A stretch of DNA of 64,000 nt from Gallionellaceae bacterium (GCA_035531075.1 DATKTO010000026.1:49897-113896); one strand, 5' to 3'. Shown: positions 25,630 to 34,473, numbered from the stretch's first letter. Translations and numbers: made by a program. The notes: generated from the letters alone by a model not told the origin.

Positions 25630-27759
25630 GTGATGAATATAAAAGTACCCCAATCTAAAAGGGTATTTTGGGCACTTTCCGCTTTCGTATGGCTTTTTTC
25701 CGACCATGTAATCGCGCAACCGCTTGAGGATATTACTTTGCAGACTGAAACAGACAGGGTAATTGCGACTATCAGGCTGAGCAGTCCGGTGCATAACATC
25801 CGCTATTTTCCTGCAAAAAAAGGAAGGACACTGGAAATACTTCTTGATAAATTACCCGATGGCTCAGTCAGCGAAGAGTGGCTGGATAATGAAGTCTTAA
25901 AATCTCCGCCATCAAATTTGGCTCCTTCTTTTACGGTAAAGACCAATCTAAAAACTACCCAGCCAAAATTGATTATTGACTTCATTCGTGAAGCTGAATA
26001 CACGGTGAATGCAGGCAGAGACGGACGAAGTATTTTAGTTGCTATCAAAATCGATAAAGTTCTGCCCAGCACCGAGGGGGGGCTAGCTTTTTTACCTGCA
26101 GCAAAACCTTTGGCTGTAGCAACTGACATCGATAAACAGGCGGCTGCACTGATGCTGCAAGGGCGTAACTCATTGGCGGCATCCGATAATTTTGCAGCGA
26201 TTGATGCCTTCAATAAACTATTGTTGCTCCCTCCCAACGATTACACACAGGATGGGCAGGAGTGGGTAGGCGTTGCAAGAGAACGCGCCGGCCAAGCGGA
26301 TAAAGCCAAGCTGGAGTATGAGCTATATTTGAAACTCTACACCGGTGGTGAGGGTTTTGAGCGGGTCAAGGCTCGTCTGGCTAAGCTGGGCAGCAAACCC
26401 ACACCGCCTTCTGTCACGGCGGAGCGAGCGACCACAAAGAAACAGGCCAAGCAAACATTAGCCTACGGCAGCTTATCCATGCACTACTATCATGGTGCCA
26501 GCAAAATTGACACGATTGCTCCGTTTAACAACACATTAACTCAATCGACCTTTTCTGCGGTGGATCAATCTGCACTCCTCACCAGTGTGGTTGCGACTGA
26601 ACGCTTTATCAGCGAGGAATATGATAGCCGCATCGTGTTTCAGGATACGGCCTACGCCAATTTTTTACCGGGGAAGACAGGCAAAAACAAGCTGAATGCG
26701 GCCTATTTTGAAGTCAAGAACAAGCTGTCAGATTATTCTGCTCGCTTTGGCCGCCAGTCCTCAAGTGGCAGTGGCGTCATGGGACGTTTTGATGGTGCGG
26801 CCGCTGGCTTTGGCCTTACCCCGTCGATGCGTGTGAACGCGGTGGCGGGCCAGCTTTCCGATTTTTCGGCAGATTCAAAACCCGTGTTTTACGGTGCCAG
26901 CATAGATATGGGGCCAGTTACGCTTTACGCAATAAATCAGACGGTGGATGGCATGCTTGATCGTAGAGCTGTAGGTACGGAGCTACGCTATTTTGAACCG
27001 TCCAGGACTGCGTTTGCCGTACTGGATTACGATACCAGTTACTCCACATTAAATATAGCGATGTTTCAGGGGAGTTTCAGCACCAGTGCTGAGCGGACGT
27101 ATAACCTGCTGCTGGATCATCGCAGAGCGCCCTACATGAGCACGAGAAATGCACTGTATGGCGCAACTACATCATCCATATCAGATCTGCTGCAAATCAT
27201 GACTGAAGATGAATTGCGCGCTCTGGCTGCAACGCGCACGGGCGCTGCCAATATGGCGCAGCTTGGGGTGACCCAGCAGATATCGCAAAGATGGCAATTA
27301 GGCGGCGACGTCAGGCTATCCAGTTATGAAGGTTTACCCGCTAGTGGCTTAACGACTTTGGAAGGGCAATTACCCGCGACGCCCGCCACGGGAAACGAAT
27401 GGACTGTATCGCCCCAGCTGATAGGAAGCAATCTTTTTTCAAGCAGTGATGTAACGGTGTTTAGCCTGAGCTATATTGCCAGCCCGCTTTACAGAGCGCA
27501 GTCATTTTATGCCTATAGTCGCGCGAATCTTACTGACAGGTGGTCCATGGATTTGGCTATGCAACTCTTTCGGCAAAACTATGATTCGGGCATGTTGATG
27601 ACCCGAATCATGCCAATGTTTAGAACGGCATATCAGATGAAGCAGAGTCTCAGTCTGGATTTTGAGGCGGGACTGGAAAATAACCACATTGAAAACGCAG
27701 ACCAGTCATCGGATGGGCAACGACAGTTCTTCTCTTTGGGTTTCCGCTGGGACTTCTAA
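25630..27759 (+). CDS. Outer-membrane protein with an AMIN-like N-terminus, TPR middle and C-terminal beta-barrel
   Basis: 709 aa with AAGGAG 10 nt upstream of the GTG start and a signal peptide (..FSDHVIA|QP). A TPR-like helical segment spans about aa 170-260. The last ~430 aa are rich in alternating strands and end in ..FFSLGFRWDF (aromatic terminus). Confidence 0.7.
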   Translation: MMNIKVPQSKRVFWALSAFVWLFSDHVIAQPLEDITLQTETDRVIATIRLSSPVHNIRYFPAKKGRTLEILLDKLPDGSVSEEWLDNEVLKSPPSNLAPSFTVKTNLKTTQPKLIIDFIREAEYTVNAGRDGRSILVAIKIDKVLPSTEGGLAFLPAAKPLAVATDIDKQAAALMLQGRNSLAASDNFAAIDAFNKLLLLPPNDYTQDGQEWVGVARERAGQADKAKLEYELYLKLYTGGEGFERVKARLAKLGSKPTPPSVTAERATTKKQAKQTLAYGSLSMHYYHGASKIDTIAPFNNTLTQSTFSAVDQSALLTSVVATERFISEEYDSRIVFQDTAYANFLPGKTGKNKLNAAYFEVKNKLSDYSARFGRQSSSGSGVMGRFDGAAAGFGLTPSMRVNAVAGQLSDFSADSKPVFYGASIDMGPVTLYAINQTVDGMLDRRAVGTELRYFEPSRTAFAVLDYDTSYSTLNIAMFQGSFSTSAERTYNLLLDHRRAPYMSTRNALYGATTSSISDLLQIMTEDELRALAATRTGAANMAQLGVTQQISQRWQLGGDVRLSSYEGLPASGLTTLEGQLPATPATGNEWTVSPQLIGSNLFSSSDVTVFSLSYIASPLYRAQSFYAYSRANLTDRWSMDLAMQLFRQNYDSGMLMTRIMPMFRTAYQMKQSLSLDFEAGLENNHIENADQSSDGQRQFFSLGFRWDF

Positions 27760-27799
27760 TCTGATTTGTTTATTTCTTTAACTTTTGCTGTTTAAAAAA

Positions 27800-28342
27800 T
27801 CAATCCGCGACTGGTCCAAAGTTCATGCCGATGGAGATACGCCGCTCGCCGCTGCGATTGATGCTTACTGAGTGGAGCACATTCGGGGCGAAGAAAACAA
27901 ACATGCCCGGCTGCGGCGTAACCAGCGTGCGGCTATGCCTGTCCACGACAACCAACTCTCCTGATTCTTGCGGGACTTGAACATAATAGACCCCGGACAG
28001 CATTTCATCATAGTCGTCATGGTCGTGTTCTGTAGTGGCCTCATTGGGCCCCATATCATTGATCCAGAAACCACTGCGCAATTTCTCATCGGGCTTTTGT
28101 AACAGATTTTTGGCATAGCTCTCAGCCTGCTCAAGCACCCGTCCTATCGCCTGAATGCGCTCGCGATGCAGATACAGATTCTCGTAACGACCGTCAAAAA
28201 AATGACTGCGCCGCAACCAATCCTCCTCACGTAATTGCACGTAGGCATCCATGATCTGCCGGTTAATATCTGCAGCTTCCGGCATGAAACCAATATGGAT
28301 GCGAGAGTTTTCCAACAGTGTTGAAGCGATCTGGTGTGTCAT
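27800..28342 (-). CDS. 2OG-Fe(II) oxygenase-like protein (2OG-FeII_Oxy_5 type)
   Basis: 180 aa. GFWINDMGPNEATTEHDHDD..LSGVYYVQVP..GMFVFFAPNVLHSVSINRSGERRISIGMNF matches the HxD...H double-stranded beta-helix pattern. Confidence 0.6.
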   Translation of the reverse strand: MTHQIASTLLENSRIHIGFMPEAADINRQIMDAYVQLREEDWLRRSHFFDGRYENLYLHRERIQAIGRVLEQAESYAKNLLQKPDEKLRSGFWINDMGPNEATTEHDHDDYDEMLSGVYYVQVPQESGELVVVDRHSRTLVTPQPGMFVFFAPNVLHSVSINRSGERRISIGMNFGPVAD

Positions 28343-28381
28343 GGCAAATCAGGTTCCGCGGATTCTATGCATGCTGAAATA

Positions 28382-29104
28382 TCAAAATTTCTCGTATCCA
28401 AGCAAATATCTCCATTGCCCCGCCTGTAGCGCGGACAGCGGTATGCGCCCGATACGGATGCGTTTCATTGCAAGCACTGTTAATCCCGCCCGTTCACACA
28501 TGCTGGCTATCTGGTGACGCTGATTACCCTTAACCGCGAAACGCAGCCTGGTTTCATTTTGCCAGCTTGCTTTGACTGGCAGCAGGCTGCCATTGATCCT
28601 AATTCCCTGGTTGAGGAGCGCGAGTCCCTCCGGCAAAATCTCACCGGCTACATCAACGATAAATTCCTGCTCAACTTTTGCTGCATCCGTAATCAATTTG
28701 CGCGCAACTCGCCAATCCTGGGTCAGTATTACCAGTCCGCTGGATTGAACCCCCAATGGGTCAGTCAGATTGAGATCCGCAAGATGACGCTTAATAAAAC
28801 GAATACCTGAGCGGTCATCTGCTGCCTGATTTTCCGGGGTAATCAGGCGCAATGCAGCCTCATGATCCTTTTCGATATCATAGCCGGCAGGTTTATGGAG
28901 CAGAATGGTTACGGGTTCAACGGGGACAGGTTTTGCGCCAGCCAAAAGCTCAATTTTGCTGTCAGGCTTTACGCGACTTCCAGGCTCTTCCACTACGATG
29001 CCATCCACAGTGACAAAGCCGTTTTCAATGTATTTTTCAGCTTCGCTGCGGCTGCAAGAAATTTTGCCCGCGAGAAGTTTGGCTAGGCGAATAGTATCGG
29101 TCAT
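28382..29104 (-). CDS. RNA pseudouridine synthase, RsuA/RluB/E/F family
   Basis: 240 aa with an N-terminal S4 domain (RLAKLLAGKISCSRSEAEKYIENGFVTVDG) and a core containing SSGLVILTQD. Confidence 0.75.
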   Translation of the reverse strand: MTDTIRLAKLLAGKISCSRSEAEKYIENGFVTVDGIVVEEPGSRVKPDSKIELLAGAKPVPVEPVTILLHKPAGYDIEKDHEAALRLITPENQAADDRSGIRFIKRHLADLNLTDPLGVQSSGLVILTQDWRVARKLITDAAKVEQEFIVDVAGEILPEGLALLNQGIRINGSLLPVKASWQNETRLRFAVKGNQRHQIASMCERAGLTVLAMKRIRIGRIPLSALQAGQWRYLLGYEKF

Positions 29105-29115
29105 ATCGAATCAGA

Positions 29116-29538
29116 CTAGTGCAGATGAATTTTTTCTATTCCCTTGTTTTCGTCATCGTCTTCATCTTGCCAATCTTCAACAATCAAAGGCTCATCCGAC
29201 AAGTCCCAGGCCATGGTATGAATTTCAATCTCGAACCATTCCCTGAACATCTCCAGTGTGCGGTCTTGTGGCCACAGCGCTTCATCATCTACCCAACCCA
29301 TCAGCATGTGCTCGAACAAAAAACTCCAGCGCTTTTCGACCCATTTCTCAGAGTCGGAATTGTCGTTGTATTGCGGAATCAGAAACACTTCATTGTCTTC
29401 CCGCAAATCTTCTACGGTCAGTGCCTCATCATCAGGATCAACATTATTCAGCCAGTCCAGGAAGGGCTGCCTGGGTCCCAGCAGTACCACCGTTCGATTG
29501 ATCGTAAAGCGCGGAATGCTGTTCATAATAAAATCCAT
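29116..29538 (-). CDS. Hypothetical highly acidic, Trp-rich cytoplasmic protein
   Basis: 140-aa ORF with coding-like composition and a C-terminal DWQDEDDDENK. I recognised no family. Confidence 0.5.
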   Translation of the reverse strand: MDFIMNSIPRFTINRTVVLLGPRQPFLDWLNNVDPDDEALTVEDLREDNEVFLIPQYNDNSDSEKWVEKRWSFLFEHMLMGWVDDEALWPQDRTLEMFREWFEIEIHTMAWDLSDEPLIVEDWQDEDDDENKGIEKIHLH

Positions 29539-29552
29539 TCAGAAAGTTAAAG

Positions 29553-29571
29553 CCCGCAACTGAATTGCGGG
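29553..29571 (-). terminator. Possible intrinsic terminator after the rubredoxin reductase operon
   Basis: The hairpin cccgcaa-ctgaa-ttgcggg has a 7-bp stem. On the minus strand it is followed by CTTTAACTTTCT, a weak U-tract. Confidence 0.4.
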
Positions 29572-29639
29572 AAGTTCTGGACTATATCAGAGGCGGGGCA
29601 GGCTTTGCCACCCGTGTGTCATTTTTTGGTAGCAGATTG

Positions 29640-30788
29640 TTATGATAATGACGGCAATTGCTGTGTGAGTGCAGCTTTCTCATTCACCGCCGATCCCATC
29701 AACGCAAAACCCAACAACTGGCCATTCGTATGATGGAATACGGCTTTGACGCCGTCAATATTACCCTCTACCTTCCATTCGCCCTGCGCGCCTGGCTCCG
29801 GCGGTGAAACTACCGTTGGGCAGGCCGGTGTCTTAACCGCCACTGGCATCGCCGGATAGTGAACAGGCATTGAGTTGCCTGTGAGTATGGGAGCCAATGC
29901 GCGGGCAGCATGCATAATGGGCATCACAAAAGGCAGCACGCGCCCTTCAACTTCTGCGCAATCGCCCAAGGCATAGATATCCTCAAAATTGGTTTGCAGC
30001 AATCCATTCACCACGATGCCACGGTTGATCTTGATGCCTGCAGCGGCTGCCAGGGCTGTGCGTGGCCTTAATCCAACCGCGGACAAAACCACATCCGCCG
30101 ATATGTTTTCACCGTTAGCCAAGGCCAGGCTAAGCTGCTCTCCCGCCTGCTCAATCTTCTGTGTGGTCGTGCCCAGATGAAACACCACCCCCTCCGCTTC
30201 CAGCTTGCGCTGAATGAAAGCTGCAGATTCCGCAGGCAACAAACGACCCAATAGCTGCGGCGCGAGATCGATCACATGCACATTGTATCCAGCTCCAACC
30301 AGATCATTGGCAAACTCGCAGCCAATCAGGCCTGCGCCGAGAATGACCACGTCCGTTTTTCCTTCGACAGCCTCTCGAAAACGACGATAATCATCCAGAT
30401 CATTCACCGACAACACCGCATCCGCTCCGTCGCCCTGCACGGGAAGACGGATGGGATCAGCTCCCAGAGCCAGTACGAGCTTGCTGTAAGGCAATACCTC
30501 TCCACTCACAGTCAGTTGTTTACGCAGTGGATCAATTGCGTTTACTTTCGAATTCGGCCTTACCTCGATTTTGACTTCAGCAGCCATTTTCGCCGCGTCT
30601 TTCATCAGCAAAGAATCGGCACTTTTTTTCTGCGCAAAGGCATTGGACAACATAGGCTTGGAATAGAAACCACCGTGATCCTCAGATAAAATAATGACAG
30701 GAGTTTCTGTATCAAGCTTACGGAATTCACGCGCTACCGTGTAGCCCGCAAGCCCGCTGCCAATGATGACTACGGGCTGTTGGCTCAT
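29640..30788 (-). CDS. Rubredoxin-NAD(+) reductase (FAD-dependent pyridine nucleotide-disulfide oxidoreductase)
   Basis: 382 aa with IIGSGLAGY (FAD) and ILGAGLIGCEF (NAD) motifs. It lies 2 nt downstream of a rubredoxin gene. Confidence 0.85.
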   Translation of the reverse strand: MSQQPVVIIGSGLAGYTVAREFRKLDTETPVIILSEDHGGFYSKPMLSNAFAQKKSADSLLMKDAAKMAAEVKIEVRPNSKVNAIDPLRKQLTVSGEVLPYSKLVLALGADPIRLPVQGDGADAVLSVNDLDDYRRFREAVEGKTDVVILGAGLIGCEFANDLVGAGYNVHVIDLAPQLLGRLLPAESAAFIQRKLEAEGVVFHLGTTTQKIEQAGEQLSLALANGENISADVVLSAVGLRPRTALAAAAGIKINRGIVVNGLLQTNFEDIYALGDCAEVEGRVLPFVMPIMHAARALAPILTGNSMPVHYPAMPVAVKTPACPTVVSPPEPGAQGEWKVEGNIDGVKAVFHHTNGQLLGFALMGSAVNEKAALTQQLPSLS

Positions 30789-30790
30789 GA

Positions 30791-30955
30791 TTACACCTCC
30801 ACCATCTCAAAGTCAGACTTGGCTACGCCGCAGTCAGGACATGACCAGTCAGCTGGAACATCATCCCAACGCGTACCTGGCTTGATACCGTGCTCGGGAT
30901 CGCCTTTTGCTTCGTCATAGATAAAACTGCACACCAAACATTGCCATACTTTCAT
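30791..30955 (-). CDS. Rubredoxin (54 aa, not in the supplied ORF track)
   Basis: My translation is [54 protein letters not shown], with the canonical CxxC...CPxCG iron site. Confidence 0.9.
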   Translation of the reverse strand: MKVWQCLVCSFIYDEAKGDPEHGIKPGTRWDDVPADWSCPDCGVAKSDFEMVEV

Positions 30956-31005
30956 GATCGTTCCTTTTGATAAATGATATTAATAAATTTATATTAAACA
31001 GCTAA

Positions 31006-31473
31006 TTAAGCTTTGATCTTCGCCAGTGTATCGCGGTAGTGGTTGGCATGCTTCTCTTCTACACGAGCCAATGCTGCGAAACGCTTGGCAGCTTTTTCAA
31101 GTGTAGCCTTGAACTGTTGTGCATGGACCCTGGACTCGTCGATTTGTTCGTCGATTTCCGCAACTGCAGCATGGTTACCCTCTTCAATGGCCGTGTGACG
31201 GAACGAAGGGTACATTTCAGTGTATTCGTAGGTTTCGCCTTCAATCGCCATTTCCAGGCATCTTGCTGGCGTCATCGTCGCAGGGGGATAGAGCAGGTCC
31301 AGATGGCCCAATGCGTGTTGCACCTCCTGAGCAGCAGTTTCCTCAAATACTCTGGCTGTTTCCACGTCTCCCGCAGCGCGGCAGATTTTAGCAAAGTACA
31401 TATATTTGGTGTGTGCCATCGATTCGCCGGCAAAGGCGGATTCCAGATTTTGTATCGTGGTTGGTGCTTTCAT
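31006..31473 (-). CDS. Rubrerythrin-family diiron protein (no rubredoxin domain)
   Basis: 155 aa with NLESAFAGESMAHTKYMYFA, AQEVQHALGH, EGETYEYTEMY and EEKHANHY, which are ferritin-like ExxH diiron ligands. Confidence 0.85.
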   Translation of the reverse strand: MKAPTTIQNLESAFAGESMAHTKYMYFAKICRAAGDVETARVFEETAAQEVQHALGHLDLLYPPATMTPARCLEMAIEGETYEYTEMYPSFRHTAIEEGNHAAVAEIDEQIDESRVHAQQFKATLEKAAKRFAALARVEEKHANHYRDTLAKIKA

Positions 31474-31612
31474 AGTGTGTCTCCTTGTATGTTGTTGAGC
31501 GGTGCCTTCTGTGCACGGAACGCATATTAAGGATTTACAATGAATAAATATAATTGTATATTTAAACCAATATGATTTATTATTCTTATCAATTATCCAG
31601 GCCGGATTTCAC

Positions 31613-32533
31613 ATGACTTTAAATGAATTACGCTACATCGTTGCCGTTTCGCAGGAGCGCAACTTTCGCCGTGCAGCAGAGCGGGTATTTGTAAGCCAAC
31701 CCGCACTGTCATTGGCTATTCAGAAGCTTGAAGAAGAGCTGGGGGTGCAGATATTTGAGCGCAGCAGAACGGCGGTATCCATGACACCGATAGGCGAGCT
31801 GATCGTGGCACAGGCCCAGCGTGCGCTGGAAGAAGCAGCGCAGGTCAAGGAGATTGCCAGTCAGGGCAAGGATCAACTGGCGGGCACACTGAGGCTGGGC
31901 GCAATTTATACGGTAGGCCCGTATCTGTTGCCAGAGCTGATTCCGGTGTTGAAGCGTAAAGCGCCGCATATGCCGCTGGAAATGGAGGAGAACCAGACCG
32001 CAAATCTGGAGGCACTGCTTGCCAACGGCCGCTTGGACGTCATTATTATTGCCCTGCCCTTTGGCGGGCCCGGCATAGCCACCCAGCCGCTATATGACGA
32101 AGATTTCAGCGTGGTGGTGCCGCTGGAGCACTCATGGGTGAAAAAAAAGCAGATTAAGACCGCAGAACTGGTCACTGAAAAGATATTGCTGCTCAACAGC
32201 GGCCACTGTTTCAGCAACCAGGTACGGGAAGCCTGTGCGGAGTTCAACAGCGCAGTTGGGGAGATACAGCAAGGCAACTCGCTGGAAACGATCCGCAACA
32301 TGGTAGCCAGCGGCTTGGGGATTACCGTGTTGCCCGTTTCAGCAAACAGTGACAAATATCGCAGCCAACTTACCCGCGAAATCCCCTTCGCGCCACCGGC
32401 CCCGGCACGTCGGATCGCCCTTGCCTGGCGCAAAAGCTTTGCGCGCAAGGAGGCGATTGAAGTGCTGGCGCAGGCGATAGTTGAAACTCAGCTGGCAGGA
32501 ACTCGGCCGGTAAAAATTATGCCCGCAAAATAG
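31613..32533 (+). CDS. oxyR: LysR-family hydrogen peroxide sensor OxyR
   Basis: 306 aa with a LysR HTH (LRYIVAVSQERNFRRAAERVFVSQPALSLAIQKLEEELG). In GHCFSNQVREAC the two Cys are spaced as the redox pair C199/C208 of E. coli OxyR. It is divergent from rubrerythrin. Confidence 0.85.
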   Translation: MTLNELRYIVAVSQERNFRRAAERVFVSQPALSLAIQKLEEELGVQIFERSRTAVSMTPIGELIVAQAQRALEEAAQVKEIASQGKDQLAGTLRLGAIYTVGPYLLPELIPVLKRKAPHMPLEMEENQTANLEALLANGRLDVIIIALPFGGPGIATQPLYDEDFSVVVPLEHSWVKKKQIKTAELVTEKILLLNSGHCFSNQVREACAEFNSAVGEIQQGNSLETIRNMVASGLGITVLPVSANSDKYRSQLTREIPFAPPAPARRIALAWRKSFARKEAIEVLAQAIVETQLAGTRPVKIMPAK

Positions 32534-32554
32534 GATCCGCAAAAGCATGTGATT

Positions 32555-33439
32555 TCACCATGTTCGCATCTGGCCAAGATAAACATCCAGCCGACTCTTA
32601 AGGGTGGCAGGTGTCGTGACAATGTCACTGATCAACGAAAACAATGGATAGGGCCGGCTATCAAACAGCTGATATTTTTCAACCATCTTGAGGGTATGCA
32701 CCCCCTCCCCCGATATATCGGAAAACTGCCCTGAGGCCAGCTTGCGGCCCAACTCATGGTGGTGCGAGTTTTCACTGGTGGCGGTGGTCAATAAATCCCC
32801 CAGGCCGGCATAACCATAGGGGGTATTTGCTTCTGCTCCAAATGCCTGGACTATGGCTGACAGTTCCGACAATGCCGCAACCATCAGGTGACCACGCATA
32901 TTATCGCCAAGCTTGAGCTCATCAGAGACGCCAAACATAATGGCATAGACATTTTTCAAAATCACCGACCAGCTACTGCCCTGCATATCATTCATTTGCC
33001 GGCAGATTAACGTGCCCCCGTGAAACAGGCTGTGTACGATTTTAAAATCGTCTGAGTCAGACAATGCAACATCCGCAAATGCATAACGACCCAGCCTGAT
33101 TTCCTCGGAAATCATCGGCCCGTAAATTACGCCATAGCGCTGTTGCTCTGACAACCCCGCGGCAAACACTTGTGACGCTGTCAGCCCAGATTCATCCAGC
33201 CCTTTTGCGATGCTCAGGCACAGGCTGTCCTTGGCCAGATGCGGCGCAATCCTGCGGGTGATATCAAGGTGTGCATTTACCGGCAGGCAATAGCAGATTA
33301 CCTGGGCCGCGGCGGCCTCCTCCTCCAGAATAGTGTGGGCTGAGCGGCTCCAGACACGAACATCATGTTTTTCCGCCAGCAGGAATTCCAGGGCATGCCC
33401 CATTTCACCGTAACCCAAGATCAATACCCGCAATTTCAT
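32555..33439 (-). CDS. NAD(P)H-dependent glycerol-3-phosphate dehydrogenase family protein (short paralogue)
   Basis: Start set at ATG 33439, behind GGGGAGAG. It has MKLRVLILGYGEMGHAL (Rossmann) and ILKNVYAIMFGVSDELKLGDN, matching the GpsA KN..A motif. Confidence 0.65.
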   Translation of the reverse strand: MKLRVLILGYGEMGHALEFLLAEKHDVRVWSRSAHTILEEEAAAAQVICYCLPVNAHLDITRRIAPHLAKDSLCLSIAKGLDESGLTASQVFAAGLSEQQRYGVIYGPMISEEIRLGRYAFADVALSDSDDFKIVHSLFHGGTLICRQMNDMQGSSWSVILKNVYAIMFGVSDELKLGDNMRGHLMVAALSELSAIVQAFGAEANTPYGYAGLGDLLTTATSENSHHHELGRKLASGQFSDISGEGVHTLKMVEKYQLFDSRPYPLFSLISDIVTTPATLKSRLDVYLGQMRTW

Positions 33440-33529
33440 CAGCAACTCTCCCCGTTCCCAAACTTTCCAACAATAATATTAAAATTTCAGCCCAGACTGT
33501 AAACTGTATGAAACTCGGGCAAGCATATC

Positions 33530-34426
33530 ATGACCACCAAACACATCATTTTTGTACCAGGCAAGAATCCCAAACCCCAGGCCGCACAACATCGCGAGTT
33601 GCTATGGAAAACCCTGATAGAAGGTGTGCGTCGCGCCGATAGAACGACAGCCAACACCATGCAGATTCACTACACACAATTCCATCTGGTTAGTTGGAAT
33701 CAGCTTTTTTATCATGCATACAAGGATATCACCCCCGATATTCCGTGGATCGACGCCTTGATCAACAAACACGGACCTACTGAACAGGATATTCAGGAAG
33801 CCCGCTCCTGGCATAAACGACTGGACCGGACTCTTTTCACCATCGCAGATCATGTTCCACTCATCATCCGCTTCCTCCCTAAAGAGGTGGACAGTGCCGC
33901 CACAGAGATTAACCGCTATTTCGATAACGTCGATAACATTGCCTGTGACATACGCAAATTATTAAAACAGACACTCCGCCCCCTGCTGGAAAAAAATGAA
34001 TCCATACTTCTGATCGGCCATAGCCTGGGTTCGGTCATTGCCTACGATACTTTATGGGAGCTGTCGCACCAGGAAGGGCTGCATGGGAAAGTGGATTTCT
34101 TGACCATAGGCAGTCCTCTGGGTATGCATTATGTACAAAGACAGTTAATGGGGATGAGGGAAAATGGGAAAAAAAGTTACCCTAAGCTGATCCGCCGCTG
34201 GATTAATATTTCCTCCGAGGGCGATATCATTGCCCTTGAGCGAAATTTTCATGACAGCTTTGAAGACATGCTCAAACAAGGACTGGTTCGGTCCATTGAG
34301 GATCACAGCAAAGGAATTTACAACTACTTTCGTAGCGATGATGGCCTGAACTGCCATCGTTCATATGGCTATCTGGTCAATCCTGCCGTTGGTAGTGTCA
34401 TCGCTGATTGGTGGAAACATAATTAA
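33530..34426 (+). CDS. Alpha/beta-hydrolase (lipase-like) protein
   Basis: 298 aa with a nucleophile elbow LLIGHSLGSVIAYD. I assign no further function. Confidence 0.55.
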   Translation: MTTKHIIFVPGKNPKPQAAQHRELLWKTLIEGVRRADRTTANTMQIHYTQFHLVSWNQLFYHAYKDITPDIPWIDALINKHGPTEQDIQEARSWHKRLDRTLFTIADHVPLIIRFLPKEVDSAATEINRYFDNVDNIACDIRKLLKQTLRPLLEKNESILLIGHSLGSVIAYDTLWELSHQEGLHGKVDFLTIGSPLGMHYVQRQLMGMRENGKKSYPKLIRRWINISSEGDIIALERNFHDSFEDMLKQGLVRSIEDHSKGIYNYFRSDDGLNCHRSYGYLVNPAVGSVIADWWKHN

Positions 34427-34473
34427 CTCATTTCAAATATTGCGCTGAGCCGTCACATAAAAAATTTATCACA

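Noticed and set aside
1-27800. I had the impression that the left 28 kb (EPS plus cytochrome loci) has lower GC than the housekeeping right half, which would suggest a genomic island.
   Set aside because: Spot counts of single 60-nt lines gave about 48 percent (EPS gene) versus about 53 percent (ppsA). That is a modest difference, compatible with membrane and surface-protein codon usage. There are no flanking tRNA, integrase or direct repeats. A sliding-window GC and codon-usage computation is needed before claiming horizontal transfer.
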